From assembly GCF_047149785.1 (NCBI RefSeq), contig NZ_BAAGBE010000001.1, forward strand, positions 375,464-439,463: DNA of 64,000 nt. Direction: 5' to 3'. Shown one piece after another: positions 8,625-17,979 of the stretch. The notes under the pieces were generated by a model. That model saw only the letters and a list, made by a program, of their open reading frames with translations. It did no database searches and was not told the DNA's origin. Numbering within the stretch: the stretch's first letter is position 1; every line of letters begins with the position of its first letter. Source of the DNA: Nitrobacter sp. GTDB lineage: Bacteria; Pseudomonadota; Alphaproteobacteria; Rhizobiales; Xanthobacteraceae. The position numbers were made by a program, and so were the translations under genes.

Positions 8625-9824
8625 TTATTTCCAGGCCGATTTGTCGGCGTCCCAGCGCTGCGCCTTGAACTGCTTCGCCAGCGCGTCGACCGCGCCGCTA
8701 TCGTCGGTCTCGACGTCCTCGTCCTCGACCGAGGTCTCGTCGTCAACCAGGTTGAGCTTCGGCCCGTCGCTTTCGTCGGCGGTCGTCGTCGCGGGGACGC
8801 CGACCCAGAGCATGATGTGATCGGACCCACCCGGCTTGTCGGGAGCAGGCAACGCCGTCACCTCGACGGTGTCGGTCAGCTTGAGCGCCGGGACCACTTC
8901 GCTCGGGCGCTTGAAGATCAGTGTCAGCTTGCCGGTGTCATCGCTCCATTTTGTCGAGACGGGCTTTGCGTCCAGGGCCTTTTCCAGCACGCCGGAGATC
9001 GCGGTCGCGAGTTTGCCGCGGTCGAGCTTGCCGTTGGCGCGCCATTCCGCGGCCGGAAAGCGGATGGTGCGGTCCATGTCGAACATGCCCGCGCTCCAGC
9101 CGGCGGCAATCACGCCGGGCAATGCCTTCAACCGGGCGATGAGGGAGGGCGCGCGCTCCGGATCGACGTTGATATCGATGACCTGCGTGCCGGCCCGCAG
9201 CGCCTCGCAGGTCACATCGAGGCTGTTCAGCGCCACCTCGACATTCTGTCCTCGCAGCCCTTTGAGCAGGTCGGCTGCCGCGTCGAGTTTGACTTTCACG
9301 GCGACCGCCTCGGGAGACACCTCGGTGAAATCCTTCGGTGCAGCGATAATGCCGTCGTCGGTTGTCCGGCTGTCGTTAAACTCGGCCTCGCTGAGATCGG
9401 AATTGTCCGTCGACGTCACGGTGGTAACTGTCTGGCCGACGCTGACCCGGCCATCGAACTCGAACGTATCGCCGGTGGGCTTGCGGGTGAGCGTCACCGT
9501 GACGGGCAGCTTGTCGACCATGCTTTGGGTCGCGCCGGTCAGGGTCGAGCCGTTCACCGCGAGGTTGACGACGAAGCGGTCCTTGCGATCGGAGCCTTTT
9601 TCCGCGGGGTAGCAGACGTCGAGAACGGCGCCGGTGACGGTCTTGCCCTGGCGGGTCTCCTTGAGGATGACGTCGGCATTGCCTTCCATCAGTCCGTCGA
9701 TCGAGGTGAAATACCGGACCTCCGCTCCGCCAGCCGTCGCCTTGGTGAGGGGTCTGTCCTGCGCGAGCAGACCCCCCGGCCAAGCGATCACCAGGCAGAC
9801 CAAACACAGCCGTCGTGCGCGCAT
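8625..9824 (-). CDS. Secreted protein of unknown function with an acidic C-terminal tail
   Basis: 399-aa ORF with signal peptide MRARRLCLVCLVIAWPGGLLAQD. Ordinary amino-acid composition, unlike the Arg/Gly-rich antisense ORF 8475..10085. No recognisable motif. Confidence 0.65.
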   Translation of the reverse strand: MRARRLCLVCLVIAWPGGLLAQDRPLTKATAGGAEVRYFTSIDGLMEGNADVILKETRQGKTVTGAVLDVCYPAEKGSDRKDRFVVNLAVNGSTLTGATQSMVDKLPVTVTLTRKPTGDTFEFDGRVSVGQTVTTVTSTDNSDLSEAEFNDSRTTDDGIIAAPKDFTEVSPEAVAVKVKLDAAADLLKGLRGQNVEVALNSLDVTCEALRAGTQVIDINVDPERAPSLIARLKALPGVIAAGWSAGMFDMDRTIRFPAAEWRANGKLDRGKLATAISGVLEKALDAKPVSTKWSDDTGKLTLIFKRPSEVVPALKLTDTVEVTALPAPDKPGGSDHIMLWVGVPATTTADESDGPKLNLVDDETSVEDEDVETDDSGAVDALAKQFKAQRWDADKSAWK

Positions 9825-9874
9825 GGAGAATCCCCGTTCGTCGAATCGCCCGCCACCCTAAAACCCGGTTCGCC

Positions 9875-9904
9875 AAAAAAGAAGGCCGCCTGGAGGCGGC
9901 CTTC
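9875..9904 (-). terminator. Rho-independent terminator of groEL
   Basis: A 10-bp perfect stem (gaaggccgcc/ggcggccttc, loop tgga) is followed on the minus strand by TTTTTT. It lies 27 nt after the groEL stop. Confidence 0.8.
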
Positions 9905-9930
9905 CGGCGAAGTCGTGCAGTTCGAAGGGC

Positions 9931-11571
<1,641 letters not shown>

Positions 11572-11600
11572 TTACTCCTTTAAGGAAATGCTCCTGTTGT

Positions 11601-11691
11601 CGTCATGGCCGGACTTGTTCCGGCCATCTACGTCTTGTTTTCCGGTGGAAGGAAGAAGACGTGGATCACCGGGACAAGCCCGGTGATGACG
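11601..11691. repeat. Family A composite palindromic repeat inside the groES-groEL spacer
   Basis: cgtcatggccggacttgttccggccatctacgtctt...aagacgtggatcaccgggacaagcccggtgatgacg. It occupies 91 of the 150 bp between groES and groEL. Confidence 0.85.
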
Positions 11692-11715
11692 CTTGGTGCA
11701 AAAGCCGGATCGTGC

Positions 11716-12012
11716 TCAGCTCAGCACGCCCATGATATCGGACTCCTTCATGATCAGGAGGTCCTGACCGTCGAGCTTGATCTCGGTGCCCGACCACTTG
11801 CCGAACAGCACCTTGTCGCCGACCTTGACGTCGATGGGAACCAGCTTGCCGGCTTCGTCGCGTCCGCCCGGACCGACGGCGATGACTTCGCCCTGGGACG
11901 GCTTTTCCCTAGCGGTGTCGGGAATGATGATGCCGCCCTTGGTCTTTTCTTCGGCATCGATGCGTTTGACCACGACACGGTCATGCAGCGGACGAAATTG
12001 GGTTTTAGCCAT
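11716..12012 (-). CDS. groS: Co-chaperonin GroES
   Basis: In-frame ATG at 12012. Sequence [34 protein letters not shown]..., 98 aa. Confidence 0.97.
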   Translation of the reverse strand: MAKTQFRPLHDRVVVKRIDAEEKTKGGIIIPDTAREKPSQGEVIAVGPGGRDEAGKLVPIDVKVGDKVLFGKWSGTEIKLDGQDLLIMKESDIMGVLS

Positions 12013-12102
12013 GGCGGCTCCTCCGGGGGTTCGCAGGACTCTGAATTGCCATCGACGGAATGCATTTCGCTCGGACTCGAAACGCCCGGGCGATTCGTAC
12101 CT

Positions 12103-12129
12103 TTGGCAATCATGCTCCAAGAGTGCTAA
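12103..12129 (-). promoter_or_regulatory. CIRCE (HrcA operator) inverted repeat
   Basis: On the gene strand it reads TTAGCACTC-N9-GATTGCCAA, against the consensus TTAGCACTC-N9-GAGTGCTAA. One perfect half-site and one with 7 of 9 matches. Lies in the groES leader. Confidence 0.75.
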
Positions 12130-12141
12130 TCGTTGGCGGGG

Positions 12142-12168
12142 AATATGGCCTGGCAGCCATGCTGTCAA
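12142..12168 (-). promoter_or_regulatory. Candidate groESL promoter
   Basis: The minus strand reads cTTGACA-N15-CATATT immediately upstream of CIRCE. Spacing and hexamers are approximate, and a sigma70 versus sigma32 type cannot be distinguished. Confidence 0.45.
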
Positions 12169-12325
12169 GCAAGCGCCTTAAGCCGTTGGTGAAAGGCGTA
12201 TAGGATAAGGATAGTGCAAACCATGTCGTGGCGTCCTCGCGATCGCGTGTAAGGTTGGCGCGGCCACATTCTAAATCTGGCAGTCAGGGGCGCGGCGGCC
12301 GGGAATTAGGTCGGGAAAACATACG

Positions 12326-12886
12326 ATGGCGAGACCAGAAGGCGGACGCGCGGCTTTGAACCTGGGGGTGGCTGCGGCCCTTGCGATGTTTCTCTGCGGG
12401 TGCGGATCAATCGGGTCGATCGGATTATCGCCGCAGCCCGCCGAGCCTCCCGCGCCGGCTGCCGAGCCCGAAGTTCCTGCCACCATCCGATCGGACGAAC
12501 TCGTCGGTCGCTGGGGACTCGCATCCTATCAAAATCCGAACGACCGGGCGCGGACCGAGGCTGCGGCCAAGGCCCAGTGCAAGAACCCTTACGTGATCGG
12601 CGCCGGCAGTCATGGCGGCGTCATCATGCATCTCGCCGACGAGGCGACGCCGCAGGAACTGCGGCTGAAGGGCAGCCGGAGCGGAAAGAACTACATCGGA
12701 CCCGAAGGCCCCCCCGCCGGCGAGAAGGATCGCGAAATCGTTTCGTTCGACGGCAACGTCCTGATCACGCGTTTCATCGACCCTGACGCGGCGACCCGCT
12801 ATGGCAACATGGTCTATGTTCGTTGCGCGACCGCGGCCGCGTCGGCCCGCCACGCGGCGGCAAAGCCGCGCGCGCATTCGCATTAG
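12326..12886 (+). CDS. Lipoprotein of unknown function
   Basis: 186-aa ORF with the lipobox 'AMFLCGCGS', followed by a Pro/Ala-rich linker. Confidence 0.65.
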   Translation: MARPEGGRAALNLGVAAALAMFLCGCGSIGSIGLSPQPAEPPAPAAEPEVPATIRSDELVGRWGLASYQNPNDRARTEAAAKAQCKNPYVIGAGSHGGVIMHLADEATPQELRLKGSRSGKNYIGPEGPPAGEKDREIVSFDGNVLITRFIDPDAATRYGNMVYVRCATAAASARHAAAKPRAHSH

Positions 12887-12985
12887 AGCGTATTCAAGCG
12901 AAGTGGCTATTGGTTCGCGTCAAGAAAACGCGTCAATCAAAATCATGGAGCCCCGCTTCTGAGTGCATCAGAAGCGGAAGGGTTC
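12884..12985 (+). repeat. Family B interspersed repeat
   Basis: The core tagagcgtattcaagcgaagtggctattggttcgcgtcaagaaaacgcgtcaatcaa is followed by a 10-bp perfect hairpin, ccgcttctga-gtgca-tcagaagcgg (12953..12977). Related copies lie at 40658 and 60716 (the latter inverted). Confidence 0.8.
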
Positions 12986-13054
12986 TATGCGGGCTGCGCG
13001 CGACTTGCAGCCGATCGATGACGGCCGGGATGAGGGATGCGGCACTTCCTGGGG

Positions 13055-13855
13055 TCAGTCGAACAACGCGTCGATGTCGTCCTGGGAGGCGTGCCCCTCG
13101 TCGCCCTCGAGTTTGGGACCGTTCAGAAGCTTGGCATCGCCCACGCGATCGTCGATGATCGGCGGCGCGTGGGCCCGGATGGCGTCGACGCCGCCCCAGA
13201 TGTCCATCATGACGTTGATATGATGCTCGATGAACTTCATGGTGTTCATCACCTTGGCGATACGCTGGCCGGTGAGATCCTGGAAGTTGCAGGCTTCGAA
13301 AATCGAAATCACCCGTTCCTGGATTTCCTCGCTCAACCGGGTCTGCTCCGCTGGCGTCGCCTTGGACAAGGCGCTGGCGGACTGGTCGATCGCCTCGGCC
13401 GCCTCCAGAATGCGTTGCGTCGCCTGCTCGGTGCCTCCCACCACGGCGCCGAGCTCGTCGGTCACCTTCGCCATCTCGTCGCCGCTGAAACTCTTGCCAT
13501 GCAGAACCGCGATTTCCTGCTTGGTGCGGGTGATGGCGTCGTAGATCAGATCGAGTTCGGTCTTGAGCTTTTCACACTGTTCGATCTGTGCGCGGTAGGT
13601 CTGTAGCAGGGCCTGCGCATCGGCCACCTCGCGGTTGACGGCTTCACTGTCCGCCGCGACCGGCCCGGCCGCGCCGTTGCGGCGCGAAGCTCCCATCTGT
13701 TGGCGGATCGCCTGCAGCTCCGCCATGATCTCGCGATGTACCGGCATTGGCGTCTCCCCATGTTCGGCGGCTGCGATAACAGGCGCGCCGGCATTCAAAA
13801 TCTCTTCGACGCGGAAGCGCTTGCGTTGAACAGCCATCAGATTCCCCAGCTTCAC
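13055..13855 (-). CDS. cheZ: CheZ-like CheY-P phosphatase
   Basis: 266-aa ORF (an alternative start MAVQRKR lies at 13837). It carries the CheZ catalytic-region signature 'FEACNFQDLTGQRIAKV' and an acidic C-terminal peptide 'SQDDIDALFD', as in the CheY-binding tail. Confidence 0.8.
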   Translation of the reverse strand: MKLGNLMAVQRKRFRVEEILNAGAPVIAAAEHGETPMPVHREIMAELQAIRQQMGASRRNGAAGPVAADSEAVNREVADAQALLQTYRAQIEQCEKLKTELDLIYDAITRTKQEIAVLHGKSFSGDEMAKVTDELGAVVGGTEQATQRILEAAEAIDQSASALSKATPAEQTRLSEEIQERVISIFEACNFQDLTGQRIAKVMNTMKFIEHHINVMMDIWGGVDAIRAHAPPIIDDRVGDAKLLNGPKLEGDEGHASQDDIDALFD

Positions 13856-13899
13856 TCAAATCCATCACGCTATATCCATGCGTTGTATACCGGGGTGGT

Positions 13900-13915
13900 T
13901 TAACGCCGGGTTCAC
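13900..13915. promoter_or_regulatory. CtrA-box-like motif upstream of the cheZ-like gene
   Basis: TTAA-cgccggg-TTCAC, against the consensus TTAA-N7-TTAAC, with one mismatch. Lies ~45-60 bp upstream of the candidate start codons. Confidence 0.25.
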
Positions 13916-14147
13916 GCGAGGAACCGGACGGCGCGATCCGCACACCGGCGGTTAACCATGGCCGCGCCGGTTCATCGAAAATAAACGCTACCGGACAAAA
14001 CCGCGTCGTATTGACGACGTGGTGAATCGAAACGCCGGTTCTGTTTACCAAACCGATGCGGTTTTGATTTTAATTCGCGTGCGTGGCGATGCGCTGCCCG
14101 CCGCACCTGCGGCGACCATCCACGGCGAAACAGTACAGAGTACGTCG

Positions 14148-14933
14148 ATGTTCAGAAAACTATCCCTCGCGCTTCTCGCGGGCGTGTCGCTTGCTGGCCT
14201 CGGGGTCGAGCAGGCCTTCGCGAGAGAACCGCAAGCCCGGTTCTTCACCGAGCCGACCGTCATTTACGCCGATCAGGCCGCGCCGCAGCCTGAAGAGCAA
14301 CGCGTCGCCTATGCCGAGCGGCCGAACCTCGGCGGCGGCTTCATCGAGTTCCTGTTCGGCGACGGCCAGCAACAGGGACCGCATTACCAGCAGCAGCCCT
14401 ATAATCCGCGGCCGCTCTACGCGCCGCAGATGCAGCCGCAGCGGATCGTGCCCGAGCAGGACGCGAGCGAGGCGGCGCATCCCGCGTTCGATCCGAAGTT
14501 CGAAAAGCAGCTTGTCGATTATCACGGCAAGGAGGCGGCCGGCACCATCGTCATCGATACGGCGAGCAAGTTTCTTTATCTCGTGCAGGGCGACGGCAAG
14601 GCGCTGCGTTACGGCGTCGGCGTCGGCAAGCCGGGCTTTCTATGGGCCGGCGTCAAGACCATCACGGCGAAGAGGGAATGGCCGGACTGGACGCCGCCGT
14701 CGGAAATGCTGAAGCGGCGGCCGGATCTGCCGCGCCACATGGAAGGCGGGCCGCAGAACCCGCTCGGCGCCCGCGCCATGTATCTCGGCTCCTCGCTCTA
14801 TCGCATCCACGGCTCCAACGAACCCTGGACGATCGGCACCAACGTGTCGTCCGGCTGCATCCGGATGCGCAACCAGGACGTGATCGATCTTTATGGCCGG
14901 GTCCACGTCGGCGCCAAGGTGGTCGTGATCTGA
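14148..14933 (+). CDS. L,D-transpeptidase (YkuD domain)
   Basis: In-frame ATG at 14148 (MFRKLSLALLAGVSLAGLGVEQAFA signal peptide). YkuD catalytic motif 'YRIHGSNEPWTIGTNVSSGCIRMRN'. Confidence 0.9.
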   Translation: MFRKLSLALLAGVSLAGLGVEQAFAREPQARFFTEPTVIYADQAAPQPEEQRVAYAERPNLGGGFIEFLFGDGQQQGPHYQQQPYNPRPLYAPQMQPQRIVPEQDASEAAHPAFDPKFEKQLVDYHGKEAAGTIVIDTASKFLYLVQGDGKALRYGVGVGKPGFLWAGVKTITAKREWPDWTPPSEMLKRRPDLPRHMEGGPQNPLGARAMYLGSSLYRIHGSNEPWTIGTNVSSGCIRMRNQDVIDLYGRVHVGAKVVVI

Positions 14934-15033
14934 CGCGTGTCAAACGGAATCAGACTGCCATCATCGCGAGGCGCTTCGCCTCGACTCGTTGGCTCGTTTG
15001 AATGTTGCAAAGTCTGAATGCTCCGAGACGGAA

Positions 15034-15055
15034 ACGGCCGCCCGGTGGCGGCCGT
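15034..15055. terminator. Hairpin between convergent genes (possible bidirectional terminator)
   Basis: acggccgcc-cggt-ggcggccgt, a 9-bp perfect stem. The flanking T-runs are weak on both strands. Confidence 0.4.
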
Positions 15056-15079
15056 CTGTCGTTGCAGAATTTGAAAACC

Positions 15080-15907
15080 TCAGGCGTAGTCGTCGCCGTC
15101 GTCGAAGTCCGCGAAGTCGTCCGAGTCCATATCCATCTCGTCGTTGTCGTTTTCGTTGTCGTCCTGATCCTGATCCTGGTCCTGATCGGCATCCGCCTGG
15201 GCTTGGTCGAACGAACTGGTTTGCGACGTGTCGCCGGGTTGTGACCCGATGTCCCCGACGCCGGCGTCGCGCGCCAGACTGCTCCCGGACTGATCGCCGC
15301 CGCCCCATGGGCTGTGCGAGCCGCCGAGGCCGCCCGCGTCGCCGAAGCTGCTGGCATGGGCGGGGCCACCCATCATGGAGCGGATGCTGTTCAGGAGCAG
15401 GCCGCCACCCACGGCGCCCGCCGCGGCCGCCGCCGCCGTTCCGAGAAACGAGCCGCCGCCCGCCTGCGGCTGCGGCGTGCCATACGGCTGACCGGGCTGA
15501 CCGGCGGGTGCCTGATCGTAGCGTCCGGGCTGTCCGGCCTGCTGCAACGCTTCGCCGGTGTTCCAGACGGGCCGGCCCGTCGGCATCGGGGGAGGCTGGA
15601 CGTTCGGAACCGAGCCGCGCTGCGGGGTTTTGCCAAGCAGGGTGTCGCGCATCTGGTCGAGGAATCCGCCGGAAGCAGCCTGATCGCCGGTTCCACCGCC
15701 GCCTTCCAGTTGCTGGATGCGATCGTGGGCTCGCTTGAGGGCTTCGTCCTGCACCAGAACCGTCTGGACCAGCGCGTAGAGCGCATTGGGCGCCCGCCGC
15801 AGGCCCTCGGCGATGGCGGCGGCGGCGGCCTGATCGCGCGGCGTGTTCTCGACGCCGGCGAGGCGGGTGAAGAGGTCGTCAACCAACTGGCGTTCTTGCG
15901 GCGTCAT
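15080..15907 (-). CDS. DUF2076-family protein with Gly/Pro/Gln-rich centre and poly-acidic tail
   Basis: 275-aa ORF. The N-terminus 'MTPQERQLVDDLFTRLAGVE' is typical of DUF2076. The C-terminus reads DQDQDQDQDDNENDNDEMDMDSDDFADFDDGDDYA. Confidence 0.75.
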   Translation of the reverse strand: MTPQERQLVDDLFTRLAGVENTPRDQAAAAAIAEGLRRAPNALYALVQTVLVQDEALKRAHDRIQQLEGGGGTGDQAASGGFLDQMRDTLLGKTPQRGSVPNVQPPPMPTGRPVWNTGEALQQAGQPGRYDQAPAGQPGQPYGTPQPQAGGGSFLGTAAAAAAGAVGGGLLLNSIRSMMGGPAHASSFGDAGGLGGSHSPWGGGDQSGSSLARDAGVGDIGSQPGDTSQTSSFDQAQADADQDQDQDQDDNENDNDEMDMDSDDFADFDDGDDYA

Positions 15908-16025
15908 GGCGCTCTCCCGATAAGGTGGCGGGATGGGATGTAGGCGCGCTTTGTGTCGCCAACAGTATCGCGGCCGATTAAATTTCAGTGTGCGGGAAAA
16001 ACGGCAGGGCTTGTGCCTCGGCGTA

Positions 16026-16868
16026 TCAGTCCAGGGTCACCCGATTCGCCGCCAGCATGTCGCGAAAGCCGTCCCCCGAGAGGAACGCATATTCCTGCTC
16101 GCGCTGGCCGGTGAGGGGATCGAGCGCGGTCAGCGTGTCGTCCACGAAACCGGGATGGCACATGATCAGGCCGCCATCCGGCGAGCCGTCGAGAAATTCC
16201 TGCATCCGCGCGGCGAAGTCGGACTTCGTGAAATCGTAGGCTCCGGCGAAGGCCGGATTGAAGCGGACGCCGGCGCGCGCGGCCTGGCGGCGAAAGCCAG
16301 CGCTTAAAATATCCAAAAGCAGCGCCTTCGGCGCGCCGCGCCATCGCGCCGGCGGTTGGCGGCGGCCGCACTGACGCACCCACGCGCCGGGCGCGGCGCT
16401 GTTGACAGCCGACAGGAAGGCGCCGCGCACCTGCGGGAAGATCTGCACGTGCTGATGGCCGTCGACATGATCGGGCGCGCGGCCGAACCGTTCGGCAAAC
16501 GCCGCGATTTGCGCCTTGACCTCGTCGAAAATCATCTCGGGCTCGAGCCGGCGCGACAGGCTCGCGCGCAGCATCTTCGAAAGCGGCGGAAACAGTCCGC
16601 CCTGAAGCGGCCGGTAATGCAGGGTGAGCGGATGAAACGGCGCGGTCAGGGTGACATGCAGGCCGATCACGCAATGCGGATTGCGCGCGGCTGCCGCCTC
16701 CAGCGCCTCGGCGTCTTCGCGTCCGGCGGCGGGGCCGACCACCATCACCGATGTTGCATTGATGCGCTCGCGCTCGATCAGATCGCGGATCGCCCGGTTG
16801 ACGCCGGGGCTGATGCCGTAATCGTCAGCGCACAGTCGAATCCGCCGCTGCGGTCCGGTGCCGTTCAT
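16026..16868 (-). CDS. ChbG/YdjC-family carbohydrate deacetylase
   Basis: In-frame ATG at 16868 (MNGTGPQRRIRLCADDYGISPGVN...). YdjC motifs 'DDYG' and 'HVDGHQHVQ'. The start overlaps the stop of the upstream GT2 gene (ATGA). Confidence 0.85.
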   Translation of the reverse strand: MNGTGPQRRIRLCADDYGISPGVNRAIRDLIERERINATSVMVVGPAAGREDAEALEAAAARNPHCVIGLHVTLTAPFHPLTLHYRPLQGGLFPPLSKMLRASLSRRLEPEMIFDEVKAQIAAFAERFGRAPDHVDGHQHVQIFPQVRGAFLSAVNSAAPGAWVRQCGRRQPPARWRGAPKALLLDILSAGFRRQAARAGVRFNPAFAGAYDFTKSDFAARMQEFLDGSPDGGLIMCHPGFVDDTLTALDPLTGQREQEYAFLSGDGFRDMLAANRVTLD

Positions 16869-17902
16869 TCGGCGGCGTCCCGGCGCGGGTCGCCGGCAGC
16901 CGGTTCGCCCTCGGCCTGCTTCACACTGTGCTCCGCGACGAAGTAAATCGGCCGCGCCTTCAACTCCGAGAGAATCTTGCCGATGTATTCGCCCATGATG
17001 CCGATCATCAGGAGTTGCACGCCGCCCAGCGTCATCAGGCCGACCACCAGCGACGGATAGCCGGGGACCGTTTCGCCATCGACCCAGGTTTCCCACAGGA
17101 TCGAGAGGCCGAACAGGAAGGCGGCAAGCGCCAGCAGCAGGCCGAGCAGGCTGGCGAGCCGCAGCGGCGCCACCGAAAACGACGTCAGCCCCTCGATCGA
17201 CAGACCGAGCAGCCGCGCCGCATTGAACGTGGACATGCCGTGGGCGCGAGGTTCGGGCTCGTAGTCGACGCGGAATTGGCGGAAGCCGATCCAGCTTGCG
17301 AGGCCCTTGAAGAAGCGGTTGCGCTCGGGCATCTGGCGCAGCGCGGCGGCGGCGCGGGGCGACAACAGGCGGAAGTCGCCGGCGTCCTCGGGAATCCGCT
17401 GGCGCGCCCCCCAGTTGATGATCGCGTAGAAGCTGTGCACGCCGATCCGCCGCAGCAGCGATTCGTTCGTCCGATGCGCCTTCGCCGTGTAGATTACGTC
17501 GTAGCCGCCGTTGATCCAGTGATCCACCAGCCGCTCCACGAGGTCCGGCGAATGCTGGCCGTCGCCGTCCATGAACAGGAGCGCGCCGCGCCGCGCATGG
17601 TCCAGTCCCGCCAGCAAGGCGGCTTCCTTGCCGAAGTTGCGCGACAGCGACACAACCTGCACGTCCAGCGCGGCGGCGGGAAGCTTGCGCGCGATGTTCA
17701 GCGTCCCGTCGGTCGAGCCGTCGTCGACATAGACCACCTCGCAGGCGAGGCCGAAGCGCTGCCTCAGATTTGCCGCAAGCGCGCTGAGGTGCTCGTGGAG
17801 AGGGACGAGGCCGGCCGCCTCGTTGTAAATCGGGACCACGATCGACAGACCCTGCGCCGCTGCGTCCGCAGGCAGACCCGAAAGGCTCGGCGTTTGCGTC
17901 AT
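16865..17902 (-). CDS. Family 2 glycosyltransferase, polyprenyl-phosphate sugar transferase type (GtrB/ArnC-like)
   Basis: In-frame ATG at 17902 (MTQTPSLSGLP...). Motifs 'SIVVPIYNEA', 'VYVDDGSTDGT' and 'FMDGDGQH'. Two C-terminal TM helices (LRLASLLGLLLALAAFLFGL and VVGLMTLGGVQLLMIGIMGEY). Confidence 0.85.
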   Translation of the reverse strand: MTQTPSLSGLPADAAAQGLSIVVPIYNEAAGLVPLHEHLSALAANLRQRFGLACEVVYVDDGSTDGTLNIARKLPAAALDVQVVSLSRNFGKEAALLAGLDHARRGALLFMDGDGQHSPDLVERLVDHWINGGYDVIYTAKAHRTNESLLRRIGVHSFYAIINWGARQRIPEDAGDFRLLSPRAAAALRQMPERNRFFKGLASWIGFRQFRVDYEPEPRAHGMSTFNAARLLGLSIEGLTSFSVAPLRLASLLGLLLALAAFLFGLSILWETWVDGETVPGYPSLVVGLMTLGGVQLLMIGIMGEYIGKILSELKARPIYFVAEHSVKQAEGEPAAGDPRRDAAE

Positions 17903-17979
17903 CGAAGAGGTCCAGGTGGTCGATTCTGCTATGGTAGTGAGTGCGGCCGCGCGCTTCAACGGGCAGGCGCAGGGTTCTT

